From Minisyncoccota bacterium (lineage in GTDB: Bacteria; Patescibacteriota; Minisyncoccia; Phycocordibacterales; Phycocordibacteraceae), in contig JALHOO010000003.1 of the NCBI GenBank assembly GCA_022842945.1, positions 14,458 to 78,457 of the forward strand: 64,000 nucleotides of DNA, in the 5' to 3' direction. Both the position numbers and the translations under genes were made by a program. The notes below the pieces were generated by a model that was given only the letters and a program-made list of their open reading frames with translations, ran no database searches and was not told the DNA's origin. This document shows, piece by piece, positions 9,997-19,463 of this stretch. Every line of letters begins with the position of its first letter. The stretch's first letter is position 1.

Positions 9997-11553
9997 TTAG
10001 CGAATGCCGTCTGCGCTTGCCACTTGCACGAGCTCGCCCTCTGCAAGACCGCGCGCGTCTGCAACGATGCGCAGCTCTTTAGGAAGATCGGTGCGCACTT
10101 CAATGCGGTCTCCACGTACCTCGCCAACCTCAACCGCGTGTGCAACAAGACGCTGGTCTTCGCCAACGGAGAACACGATGCGGTCTCCTGCGCGGAGCTT
10201 AACTGAAGCCAACGGCAGAAGGATCGGACCCTCTGCAACTACTTCAGTTTCTTCTCGCGGAGCGAGGTCTGGAAGAGCGATATGTACAGACTGTCCGTTT
10301 ACGAGCTCGCTCGCTCCCGTAACGGCTACGTGTACCTCAATCTGCTTGGTTATAGGGTCGAGAGCCGGAGCGATAGAGGTAATAACGCCTTCGTACTTCC
10401 CGTCAACGGTAGCGCGCCCTCCTGCAGCAAGAAGATCGCGGTTGTCTTCAGAGACGTACGCCACAATCTCAAGCGCACCGTTCTGTGCAACGGTTGCGAC
10501 GTGCTGAAGTGGCGTTACGTAGTCGCCAACACGAATCGGAAGGAAGTTAATCTGCCCGCCAATAGGTGCACGTACAACCGTGCGCTCAAGGGCCGCCTGT
10601 GCGCCGCGCAGGGCACCGAGCGCCTGTTTGATAGATGCGTCCGAACTTGCGGTTGCGGACACGGTACCGGTGCGTAGTCCCGCTCGAGCTGAAGTAATGC
10701 TCGAAAGTACGCCATTAACACCTGCGCGTGCGCTTGCGAGTCCTGCCGTCTGTGCGGCGGTAACTCTTGAGTCACGCTGGTTAGCGGCATCAGCAAGCTG
10801 GTTTAGGAAGGTTTGTATCTGACGGGTGATTCCTTCAGCTTCATTCAAAAGTGTCTCTGGAGTACGACTGTTTGCGCTCGCAAGACCGGTTTCGTAGGAA
10901 GCCATGAGGGTATTGAGACGTGCACGCTCGCGTGAGAGGCGGTTTGCGGTGTCTGCACCAGGATAGATCAAGAGATCGGGTCCAACCGGAGTAGGGCCTC
11001 CAAAGAAGGTGTCGACATCGTTCTCAAGAAGCGTGTCGAGTGTAGTGAAGATACTGCGGTAGGAGTCACGTGCGGACGCTTGAGTGTCGGGGAGAGACTG
11101 TGCATTGCGGCTTGCGATAGCAGCGTCGTACGCGCCTTCAGCCTGAAGCACCACTGCGCGCTCTGCAGCGTTCTCAAGTTCTGCAATAACGGAGCCCGCC
11201 GGGACGGTGCCGCCAATACGTGCGCGCACACTGCGGACGGTACCGCCATTCTGTGCAAGGAGGTTTGCCTCGGTTACGGAGCGAACCGTACCTATAAGGT
11301 CAACACTGCCACCGGTTCCTGAAAGCTCTCCAACAGTTGCGAGTGTTACAAAGCGACCCTCTGCGCGAGTGTCGTCTGACTTCTCTCCGTTGAGGAGCAT
11401 GAATGCACCAATAAGGAGTACGAGAAGAAGAAGGGCAATACCAACTCTCTGCCAGAGGGGTAGGGCAGCGTAGAGAGCCCAGAGCGCTTTGGCGTTCGCT
11501 GGGAGAGAGGTAAGGAATGTGCGCACGCGGGAAAGAATCGATGTAAATGACAT
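9997..11553 (-). CDS. RND efflux periplasmic adaptor (membrane fusion protein, HlyD family), unusually long
   Basis: N-terminal TM anchor, long coiled-coil region, then beta-barrel/lipoyl-like C-terminus (RAPIGGQINFLPIRVGDYV...). It lies immediately upstream of and co-oriented with the RND permease. Confidence 0.7.
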   Translation of the reverse strand: MSFTSILSRVRTFLTSLPANAKALWALYAALPLWQRVGIALLLLVLLIGAFMLLNGEKSDDTRAEGRFVTLATVGELSGTGGSVDLIGTVRSVTEANLLAQNGGTVRSVRARIGGTVPAGSVIAELENAAERAVVLQAEGAYDAAIASRNAQSLPDTQASARDSYRSIFTTLDTLLENDVDTFFGGPTPVGPDLLIYPGADTANRLSRERARLNTLMASYETGLASANSRTPETLLNEAEGITRQIQTFLNQLADAANQRDSRVTAAQTAGLASARAGVNGVLSSITSARAGLRTGTVSATASSDASIKQALGALRGAQAALERTVVRAPIGGQINFLPIRVGDYVTPLQHVATVAQNGALEIVAYVSEDNRDLLAAGGRATVDGKYEGVITSIAPALDPITKQIEVHVAVTGASELVNGQSVHIALPDLAPREETEVVAEGPILLPLASVKLRAGDRIVFSVGEDQRLVAHAVEVGEVRGDRIEVRTDLPKELRIVADARGLAEGELVQVASADGIR

Positions 11554-11695
11554 ATCTCAATTATTATCACATAATAGGCATATTGTCAAATATTGTCGCC
11601 GCGGCATAGCCATAAAGTAGGCCGTTTTATAAGAATAGGCTCCAGGTTGAATCTCGTGTGCACATAGGAGGAAGAACAGGTGGTATTCTGAAGAG

Positions 11696-12517
11696 ATGAA
11701 GATTCACGAACACGTCTCCTCGCACCACTCATTCATGTATCTTTGGATTGTGGGAGCACTTCTGGTGCTCGGAGGGCTTGTCTACTCCTATGTAGGATCA
11801 CATCCTGCCGGCATCATCGACGGACAGCATGAGGGAGATGTGCGTACAACGGTTGCAGGATTCGGCAACCAGCTAAACTCGGTATCACTACTTTCTCCGC
11901 GCGTTTCTGAGGAGATACAGCGTGCGTACCGTCCGTATGTAACACCTGAATTACTTACAGGTTGGATAGCAGATCCGAGTACTGCCCCTGGACGCGGTTC
12001 CTCAAGTCCGTGGCCTGACCACATCGAAGTTGATAGCGTCACGCTCAGGGAAGACGGAAGTTATGAGGTTATGGGGCGTGTCATGCTTAGGGCGAGTGAT
12101 GGTGACGCAGGAATTATTCCGGTTGCACTCACGGTTGCAAGTATTGAAGGAAGCTACCTCATCACCAAGTACGAAGAGAATCCTCAAGAAGTAGAAGTTG
12201 CAACTGAGGACACAGTTACACTCAGTCTTAACGAAACGGGTTCTCTCTATGGTGTGCGCATAACGCCACGCATGGTTACTGAAGACAGTCGTTGTCCGCA
12301 AGACGTTGCCTGCATTCAGGCAGGACAGGTTCGTATCCAGGCAGAGCTCATAGATGGTATGGGTACCAGCACCATGGAGTTCACCCTTGGAGCAGAAGAA
12401 TCTATTAGCTCAGAAGTCGCTATGTTCTGGCTCACGACCGTTACGCCAGAGAAAGCCTCAACAACCCACACAGAAGACGCGCAGTATCGTTTTACGTTCA
12501 CAGCTGAAAAACGCTAG
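11696..12517 (+). CDS. Hypothetical membrane-anchored protein
   Basis: N-terminal TM helix MYLWIVGALLVLGGLVYSYV. No recognised domain. Confidence 0.5.
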   Translation: MKIHEHVSSHHSFMYLWIVGALLVLGGLVYSYVGSHPAGIIDGQHEGDVRTTVAGFGNQLNSVSLLSPRVSEEIQRAYRPYVTPELLTGWIADPSTAPGRGSSSPWPDHIEVDSVTLREDGSYEVMGRVMLRASDGDAGIIPVALTVASIEGSYLITKYEENPQEVEVATEDTVTLSLNETGSLYGVRITPRMVTEDSRCPQDVACIQAGQVRIQAELIDGMGTSTMEFTLGAEESISSEVAMFWLTTVTPEKASTTHTEDAQYRFTFTAEKR

Positions 12518-12528
12518 CTTCCTTTCAG

Positions 12529-14199
12529 ATGACTCAGGCTGAAGCGCTTTCGATACTAAAGACAGGTGCGAATGTATTTCTTACGGGAGAACCGGGAAGC
12601 GGCAAGACACATACCGTTAATGCATACATCGCGTGGCTTCGTTCGCACGGTATCGAGCCCTCTATAACGGCATCAACGGGTATTGCTGCTACACACGTGG
12701 GTGGCATGACGCTTCATGCATGGAGTGGTATCGGTATTGCAGACCAGATGACACCAGAACTCCTCGACACCATTGCAAACAAAGAACATGTTGCAAAGCG
12801 TCTTCAGAAAGCAAAGGTGCTCGTTATAGACGAGGTGTCCATGCTTTCAGCGGGGGTGCTGTCTATGGTGGATGAAGTAGCGCGAGAAGTGCGCCATCGG
12901 CCGGAACACGCGTTCGGAGGATTGCAGGTAGTGCTTGTGGGAGACTTCTTCCAGTTGCCGCCGGTCTCCCGCGGTCAGGTGCAGTTTGCGTTTCAGTCTC
13001 CTGCGTGGACGAAGCTTAATCCTATGGTCTGTTATTTAACTGAACAACATCGCCAGGACGATGCGCAGTTTCTTTCGGTACTTGGCGCTATTCGCTCGGG
13101 TGAGTGGGATCACACGCACGTGTCGCAGATAATGGCACGCGAAGCGGAGTACGACAGTATTGAGGAAGGAGTACCGCAATTGTTTACACATAATGCAGAT
13201 GTTGATCGCATCAATAGCGACCAGCTTACGAAGCTTCCCGGAAGCACGAAGACGTTCGCCATGTCCGCGTCGGGGTCTGCGGCACTCGCAGAGTCTATGA
13301 AGCGCGGATGCCTTTCTCCAGAGTCTTTGGTTCTTAAGGAAGGTGCGGTTGTTATGGCAACGAAGAACAATCCGGTTGCAGGATATGCAAACGGTACGCT
13401 CGGTATTGTTATTGGATTTGAACGGGGAACAGGGTTTCCTATTGTTGAGACACGCGACGGACGTGAGCTTACCATTGCACCGGCTGAGTGGGCTGTTGAG
13501 GAGGGAGGGAAGGTTAAGGCGAAACTCACCCAGATTCCTTTGAAGCTTGCCTGGGCCCTCACTATTCATAAGAGCCAGGGGCAAAGTCTTGATGCTGCGG
13601 CAATGGACCTGTCTCGTTCATTTGAGTACGGACAGGGATACGTAGCGCTCTCACGTGTACGAAGTCTTGCGGGTGTCCACTTGCTTGGATGGAGCGAGAA
13701 CGCACTTATGGTGCACCCACTCGTGGCGTCGCTCGACAAGGATCTGCGTATAACGTCAGAGGCAGCTGCGCGTGCATTCGAAGCGCTCGAGGTGTCCGGC
13801 GAGCGGGAGATAATGGAGCAGAACTTTATAAAGGCCTGCGACGGTACGCTTGAAGCTGTTCCTATTGGCGAGCGACTTGAGAAGCGCTCAACATTTGATG
13901 AGACGTTCGCGCTCCTCGAAGAAGGAAAGAGTCTTGCAGACATCGCAAAAGAACGGAAGCTTACCCTTGGCACTATTGCAGACCATGCAACTAAACTCGT
14001 TTCTTCAGGACGCATAACCACTGAACTGGTTGAGGCACGTATACCAGCACGCCTTAAGGGTGCTCTTCCCTCCATTTACCATGCCTTTGAAGAGAATGGC
14101 ACCGAGAAGCTTACGCCCGTCCATGCTTTTCTTAAGGCCAAGTACTCGTTCGACGAGCTGAAACTCGCACGTATTCTATACACAGCGGAACGAGGATAA
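12529..14199 (+). CDS. Pif1/RecD-like ATP-dependent DNA helicase (AAA_30 family) with C-terminal helix-turn-helix extension
   Basis: Walker A FLTGEPGSGKTH, Walker B VLVIDEVSM, motif III VLVGDFFQLPPV and the RecD/Pif1 C-terminal LTIHKSQGQSLD..YVALSRVRS are all present. Confidence 0.75.
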   Translation: MTQAEALSILKTGANVFLTGEPGSGKTHTVNAYIAWLRSHGIEPSITASTGIAATHVGGMTLHAWSGIGIADQMTPELLDTIANKEHVAKRLQKAKVLVIDEVSMLSAGVLSMVDEVAREVRHRPEHAFGGLQVVLVGDFFQLPPVSRGQVQFAFQSPAWTKLNPMVCYLTEQHRQDDAQFLSVLGAIRSGEWDHTHVSQIMAREAEYDSIEEGVPQLFTHNADVDRINSDQLTKLPGSTKTFAMSASGSAALAESMKRGCLSPESLVLKEGAVVMATKNNPVAGYANGTLGIVIGFERGTGFPIVETRDGRELTIAPAEWAVEEGGKVKAKLTQIPLKLAWALTIHKSQGQSLDAAAMDLSRSFEYGQGYVALSRVRSLAGVHLLGWSENALMVHPLVASLDKDLRITSEAAARAFEALEVSGEREIMEQNFIKACDGTLEAVPIGERLEKRSTFDETFALLEEGKSLADIAKERKLTLGTIADHATKLVSSGRITTELVEARIPARLKGALPSIYHAFEENGTEKLTPVHAFLKAKYSFDELKLARILYTAERG

Positions 14200-14216
14200 G
14201 AGATACGGTACAATAG

Positions 14217-15239
14217 GTGTCCATGCAGGCATCGTTCATTGAGTCTTTCAGACGACGTCGTCCCACACGTCGTCACCTTCTTATAGGAGGCGCTGCATTC
14301 GTACTCTTTCTTATAGTGTTCGTACTGGTATACGCAAAGTATTTCGGACCTGTTACTCCTGCATCGATTCCCGCTTCTGACTTCATCGTGTCTCCAGACA
14401 GCGAGTTTGAAACTGTTGTGCAAGAACTGAAAGCCGGCGGTTACATAAAGAGTATGACGGCCTTTCGTATTGCGTACGGTACCCAGGGAGGTATGCGCGA
14501 GATTAGAGAGGGAGGCTACGTTATCTCGCCGTCTATGGACGTGTGGACCGTTGCGGACCGTCTGTCACAGTCTCCGTATCTTGCGTGGATAACGTTTCCG
14601 CCCGGCTGGCGAAAGGAGCAGATTGCAGACTACCTCACCCGAAAGCTCGATTGGACCGAAGAACAGAAGAGACAGTTTATTGAGGTGGACACGGCACCTT
14701 CGTTTGAAGAGATTGAGGGTGTGTACTATGGCGATACGTATCTCATTCCTTCAGACCAGAATCCCGCACAGATTGCCGCACGTCTGAGAGATCGCTTTAA
14801 GGAAATGTTCGCGCCCTATGCCGCGCAGACTGTTGAGAAGAATGTCACCTGGACCGAGACGCTCATTATGGCGTCCTTAATTGAGCGTGAGGCGGCAAAG
14901 AACGACAAGCATCTTGTTGCGGGTATTCTCTGGAACCGCATTAATGACGGCATGCGTCTGCAGGTTGATGCAAGTCTGCAATATATCCGTGGAGTAGAGG
15001 GGAACTGGTGGCCGCAGCCACGCTCTGAGGATAAGGATCTTGAATCTCCCTTTAATACGTACAGAAATTCCGGACTTCCTCCGCACCCCATTGCAAACCC
15101 GTCCCTTGAGTCCATTGAGGCGGCCCTCAACCCGGAAGACACCAACTGCATGTACTACCTACATGACAACGACGGACAGATACACTGTTCGGTTACGTAT
15201 GCAGGACACGTGGCGAACGTGAATAGGTATCTTCGCTAG
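14217..15239 (+). CDS. mltG: Endolytic murein transglycosylase MltG (YceG family)
   Basis: N-terminal TM anchor followed by a YceG-like domain (ETLIMASLIEREAAKNDKHLVAGILWNRINDGMRLQVDASLQY..NTYRNSGLPPHPIANPSLESIEAAL). Confidence 0.8.
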   Translation: MSMQASFIESFRRRRPTRRHLLIGGAAFVLFLIVFVLVYAKYFGPVTPASIPASDFIVSPDSEFETVVQELKAGGYIKSMTAFRIAYGTQGGMREIREGGYVISPSMDVWTVADRLSQSPYLAWITFPPGWRKEQIADYLTRKLDWTEEQKRQFIEVDTAPSFEEIEGVYYGDTYLIPSDQNPAQIAARLRDRFKEMFAPYAAQTVEKNVTWTETLIMASLIEREAAKNDKHLVAGILWNRINDGMRLQVDASLQYIRGVEGNWWPQPRSEDKDLESPFNTYRNSGLPPHPIANPSLESIEAALNPEDTNCMYYLHDNDGQIHCSVTYAGHVANVNRYLR

Positions 15240-15323
15240 TCTCTCTTTACAAGGCTGGGCGAGAGGAGTAGCGTTCCTGGTATAGAACCGGTTACGGGTT
15301 CATAAGATCCTTGGGAGGTAAAC

Positions 15324-15761
15324 GTGGTTAAAGAAGTAGAAGTTACCGCTGCAGACGCCGAGAATGCTCTTGACTCCGTGAGCCCGATCATCATGGGCCT
15401 GGTTGCTGTTGGCGCCCACAAAGGGGCGTATGTCAGAATCGGAAACCGTACATCCGGTGAACGGCTTGCAGAGCGCGGATTCGGCGTTGTGAAGCCTCAG
15501 GAAAATCTGGACTACAAGGATTTATCTGGGCAGAAATACAGCGTCGTGTTTAAGCGTGGGGTGTCGATGCGCTACGCATTGAATAATCCTGCGATGCTTG
15601 ATCCGAACGAGCGCAAACTACATAGAGGCGCTTTTCTTTTCGGGGATTGCATCATTGCTGTAGCAGGGTTGGGGGATTCGAGCGAGACCATTGCATTTGT
15701 TCTCGCTCAGTACCTCGGACTGCTCTATGTACCGGCCGTGGAGACCCTTGCTGCTGAATAA
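15324..15761 (+). CDS. Hypothetical protein (GTG start)
   Basis: 145-aa ORF with a GGAGG Shine-Dalgarno 5 nt upstream of GTG and a strong terminator downstream. Confidence 0.5.
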   Translation: MVKEVEVTAADAENALDSVSPIIMGLVAVGAHKGAYVRIGNRTSGERLAERGFGVVKPQENLDYKDLSGQKYSVVFKRGVSMRYALNNPAMLDPNERKLHRGAFLFGDCIIAVAGLGDSSETIAFVLAQYLGLLYVPAVETLAAE

Positions 15762-15771
15762 GCCAACAGAC

Positions 15772-15812
15772 CCGCCCGCAACCCCCGTGGTTGCGGGCGG
15801 GCTTTCGTTTCC
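15772..15812 (+). terminator. Rho-independent terminator
   Basis: CCCGCCCGCAACC-loop-GGTTGCGGGCGGG followed by CTTTCGTTT. Confidence 0.7.
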
Positions 15813-15899
15813 CCGCGTTGACGCATTACCTATATAAAGGTACTTTATAGACATCAACGCCCAAGGGGCATTTTTATTTTACCGAGCCCGCAATTACCT

Positions 15900-17687
15900 A
15901 TGGAAATCCGAAACATCGCCATCATCGCGCACGTGGACCACGGCAAGACCACGCTGACTGATGCCATCATGAAGCAGACCGGTGCTGCCGCTGAGGGTGT
16001 GTCTATGGACTCAAACGCGCTTGAGCACGAGCGTGGTATCACCATCTACTCGAAGAACACCTCTATTGAGTACAAGGGAACCAAGATCAACATCGTGGAC
16101 ACCCCAGGCCACTCCGACTTCGGTTCTGAGGTTGAGCGCGTGCTTCGCTCCATCGACTCCGTGCTTCTCATTGTTGATGCGCAGGAGGGTCCAATGCCAC
16201 AGACTCGTTTCGTACTTAAGAAGTCTCTTGAGCTTGGACTGAAGCCAATCGTAGTGCTCAACAAGATTGATAAGCCAGCGGCAGACCCGGCGAGGGCAGA
16301 AGACCAGGTACTTGAGCTCTTCCTAGAGCTTGGTGCGTCTGACGAGCAGTCTGACTTCACGACCGTATACGCTATTGGGCGAGAGGGTGTTGCTATGAAG
16401 AAGCTTGATGACGAGCGTAAGGATCTTACGCCGCTTCTTGACGTTATTCTTGAGCACGTTGCCCCTACCTCAAGCGACGAGAGCGCGGCTAAGCCACTTA
16501 AGCTCCAGACCTTCAACCTTGCCTACGACAACTTCCTCGGACGTCTTGCTATTGCGCGCGTGTACGAGGGGGTGGTTAAGGCGGGACAGGCCGTTATGGT
16601 AAAGAAGCCGGACGGCACAAGTCGGAACGCTAAGATCACCAAGCTCTTCACCTTCAAAGGTCTTGAGCGTGTGGACGTTGCAGAGGCAGGTGCTGGAGAC
16701 ATTGTTATTGTTGCTGGTATTCCGGACGCTTTCATCGGCGAGACCGTTACGACTGACGCGTCAGTTGAAGCAATGCCTGCTATCGCAATTGATGAGCCAA
16801 CCATCACCGTTAACTTCCTCGTTAATAACTCTCCGTTTGCCGGACGTGAAGGAAAGTACGTAACCAGCCGTCAGCTCCGCGAGTATCTTGAGCGCGAGCT
16901 TGAGGTTAACGTGGGACTTAAGGTGGACTTCGTATCTCCTGACGCCTTTAAGGTGTCCGGACGTGGAGAGCTCCACATCGCTATTCTCCTTGAGAACATG
17001 CGCCGTGCTGGGTACGAGATGCAGGTCTCTCAGCCACAGGTAATTATCCGCGAGGAGGAGGGCCAGAAGCTTGAGCCATACGAGGAGGTTACTATCGACA
17101 CGCCTACCGAGTTCCAGGGCTCTATTATCGAGCGCCTCGGCACCCGTGCGTTCGTCCTTCAGAACCTCGTGCAGGAAGGGGACACTGTCCGCCTCACGCT
17201 TGAAGGTCCTACTCGTGGACTCCTTGGATACCGCAACCAGTTCGTGGTGGACACAAAGGGCGAGGGAATTCTCTCTACACGCGTTATCGGCTTCAAGCCA
17301 TACGCAGGCGAGATCAAGAAGCGCCAGGTTGGTTCCATGATCTCCATGGCAAGCGGCAAGGCACTCGGCTACGCTCTCTGGAGCATGCAGGAGCGCGGCG
17401 TGCTCTACATCATTCCCGCTACGGAAGTGTATGAGGGTATGGTTGTGGGCAACACCTCGAAGGGAGAGGAGATGGTGGTTAACCCAACCAAGGGAAAGAA
17501 CCAGTCCAACGTCCGTTCGTCTGGTATGGACGAGGCTATCAACCTCGTACCTGCCTTTACGCTCACCATTGAGCGCGGACTTGAGGTTATGTCTGACGAC
17601 GAGTACCTCGAGATCACACCGCTCTCAGTACGTCTTCGCAAGCAGGGTCTCACCGAGACCGATCGTGCGAAGAGCAAGCGATCCTAA
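15900..17687 (+). CDS. typA: Translational GTPase TypA/BipA
   Basis: 595 aa. N-terminus MEIRNIAIIAHVDHGKTTLTD with a G-domain and EF-G-like domains. The protein is collinear with BipA. Confidence 0.9.
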   Translation: MEIRNIAIIAHVDHGKTTLTDAIMKQTGAAAEGVSMDSNALEHERGITIYSKNTSIEYKGTKINIVDTPGHSDFGSEVERVLRSIDSVLLIVDAQEGPMPQTRFVLKKSLELGLKPIVVLNKIDKPAADPARAEDQVLELFLELGASDEQSDFTTVYAIGREGVAMKKLDDERKDLTPLLDVILEHVAPTSSDESAAKPLKLQTFNLAYDNFLGRLAIARVYEGVVKAGQAVMVKKPDGTSRNAKITKLFTFKGLERVDVAEAGAGDIVIVAGIPDAFIGETVTTDASVEAMPAIAIDEPTITVNFLVNNSPFAGREGKYVTSRQLREYLERELEVNVGLKVDFVSPDAFKVSGRGELHIAILLENMRRAGYEMQVSQPQVIIREEEGQKLEPYEEVTIDTPTEFQGSIIERLGTRAFVLQNLVQEGDTVRLTLEGPTRGLLGYRNQFVVDTKGEGILSTRVIGFKPYAGEIKKRQVGSMISMASGKALGYALWSMQERGVLYIIPATEVYEGMVVGNTSKGEEMVVNPTKGKNQSNVRSSGMDEAINLVPAFTLTIERGLEVMSDDEYLEITPLSVRLRKQGLTETDRAKSKRS

Positions 17688-17705
17688 GTATCGGTAGGTG
17701 CGCCT

Positions 17706-17731
17706 CAATATCCCGCGAAAGCGGGATATTG
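17706..17731 (+). terminator. Hairpin terminator after typA
   Basis: CAATATCCCGC-GAAA-GCGGGATATTG. Confidence 0.5.
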
Positions 17732-17756
17732 ACTTTATATACAAAATGTATATAAT
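17729..17756 (+). promoter_or_regulatory. Near-consensus sigma-70 promoter (TTGACT-16-TATAAT) driving the GC-rich ORF at 17798
   Basis: TTGACT at 17729-17734 and TATAAT at 17751-17756. A GGAGG SD lies 8 nt before the ATG. Confidence 0.5.
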
Positions 17757-17797
17757 AATGTCCGCATGCTGTTTGAATTCTGACCGAGGAGGGTCAC

Positions 17798-18178
17798 ATG
17801 GAATATCAGAAAAATGTCCGCTTGTTAGCCAAACTGATGGGAATCACCAATCCCGACTCCATTCCTGAAAACGAGCTCGGCATCGAACGGCTGGTCTACA
17901 GAAATGAAGCCGGTGACGCGTTCATCGTAGACGCCCTGCCTTCGAACCGGGGCGGCCGGCTTTTCTGGCAGAGTGTCGCCGCATTCCAGGACAGGAAGAC
18001 GCTCGAGTATGTCGCTCGAAGCGACTATGTGAAGTTCGGCCCCGGTTTCAAACAAGCCGCGGCTGACTTCTTCTTGGATGCTTGGGGTGACCTCAGTTCT
18101 GTGAAAAGGACCCTGCTCTATGGCATCGCGACCTACACCAGCGTCGAGATCTTCTGGAAGGAGGGCTTCTTCGACTAG
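17798..18178 (+). CDS. Hypothetical protein encoded in a GC-rich (~60%) island
   Basis: 126-aa ORF with a canonical promoter, SD and terminator. Its composition differs from the flanking DNA. Confidence 0.5.
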   Translation: MEYQKNVRLLAKLMGITNPDSIPENELGIERLVYRNEAGDAFIVDALPSNRGGRLFWQSVAAFQDRKTLEYVARSDYVKFGPGFKQAAADFFLDAWGDLSSVKRTLLYGIATYTSVEIFWKEGFFD

Positions 18179-18197
18179 GATTTCCTCCAAACCATCA

Positions 18198-18230
18198 AAG
18201 GGCGCTTCCGCAAGGAGGCGCCCTTTCTTC
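18198..18230 (+). terminator. Rho-independent terminator
   Basis: GGGCGC-TTCCGCAAGGAG-GCGCCC followed by TTTCTTC. Confidence 0.6.
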
Positions 18231-18292
18231 ATCTCACCTCCAGGTTCCTTTGTGTACGGTATACGCTTGTTACCTCATTCATTCCGTACACC

Positions 18293-18445
18293 ATGCTGTA
18301 TACCATCGCTGTTATCCTCCTTGTACTCTGGCTTCTAGGCAACGTTCTGTCATTTACTCTCGGCGGCTTCGTACACCTGCTTCTTGTTATCGCCATTATC
18401 GTAGTGCTCGTGCGTCTCATTCAGGGAAAGAACCCTATTGCCTAA
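18293..18445 (+). CDS. lmo0937-family small membrane protein (50 aa)
   Basis: MLYTIAVILLVLWLLGNVLSFTLGGFVHLLLVIAIIVVLVRLIQGKNPIA fits the MLWTIxVILLVLWLLG..HLLLVIA pattern of this family. It is missing from the ORF track because it is under 60 aa. Confidence 0.6.
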   Translation: MLYTIAVILLVLWLLGNVLSFTLGGFVHLLLVIAIIVVLVRLIQGKNPIA

Positions 18446-18477
18446 CTGAGGACATGAGCAAACAAAGGGTCGAGTAG

Positions 18478-19290
18478 TTACTCGGCCCTTTGTTTGCGGT
18501 GCAGTTCAATATTTATCGAACCGCTCGACTCTTCCACCGTCCAATTCTGAAGGTATTTCTTGAACATGGCAGAAAAGAGACGGGAGCGTGCGCGTGACCG
18601 ATCCCTGCTGTTTGGGTGGGCTCCGAGAAAATGCTCACCAAACAGATCTTTATACATCTCGAAAAGCCGACCACCCTCGTATGCTCCAGAAAATGATAGG
18701 AGTTCTTCGCGGGTATAGACCGTGTCTGGATGGGTAAGGATCTTATCTATACATGCCTTAATATCATCAACTGAATATGAAACTCCTGAAGGGCTACTTT
18801 CAATACGTTGTACTAGGCCGTTAGCGTAGTCTGTAAAGCTTTCAACAAAGGCAGCTCTCGTTCGGAAAAGTTCCTCGCTACTTTCGGGGTCGAGGTTAGT
18901 TGTGGCAAAGCCATATCCTTCCGTCTCTGTTTGCAGGGTAAAGGAATGTGGACTGAATTGGCCCTGTGCCAGTCTGAAACGATATGCGTGCCCACCGATG
19001 GTTTTTGAAAGAATGAACCGATGATAGGTTTTTTCCTCCGGATCATTCCAATACGAAGTACGGTAATGCACAATCGAACCCTCAGCCGGATCGGGCCTGT
19101 CTTTACCTTGGTATACACCCTCGTCCTCAATAATGGGGAATCGCTCAAGGTTCTCCTGCGATTCTTGAGATGCAGTAGGCATCTTACGACGCTCCGTGGG
19201 CAATTTCTCGCTCATGACCTCATTAAAGCACGTGAGTAGCTCTAGTCCTGAGTTTAAAATCCCCATAGACACTTGCAAAAAAGCCCACAT
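18478..19290 (-). CDS. Hypothetical protein (AT-rich gene)
   Basis: 270-aa ORF with no recognisable motifs. The true start may be the internal MSEKLPTERR. Confidence 0.45.
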   Translation of the reverse strand: MWAFLQVSMGILNSGLELLTCFNEVMSEKLPTERRKMPTASQESQENLERFPIIEDEGVYQGKDRPDPAEGSIVHYRTSYWNDPEEKTYHRFILSKTIGGHAYRFRLAQGQFSPHSFTLQTETEGYGFATTNLDPESSEELFRTRAAFVESFTDYANGLVQRIESSPSGVSYSVDDIKACIDKILTHPDTVYTREELLSFSGAYEGGRLFEMYKDLFGEHFLGAHPNSRDRSRARSRLFSAMFKKYLQNWTVEESSGSINIELHRKQRAE

Positions 19291-19463
19291 CTGCTATACT
19301 ATTTCCACAACGGTTATTCCACGGTTTGTCGTCTTGAAGAGTTATTCAAGACCAGACACCGCGCTACGGCGCACGTCTTGAAACTCTCGAGAACGGTTGA
19401 GTCAGATTCCTGGCTACTTACACAAACCGCACGCCCTACAGCGTGCACTAGCATTCCAAATAC

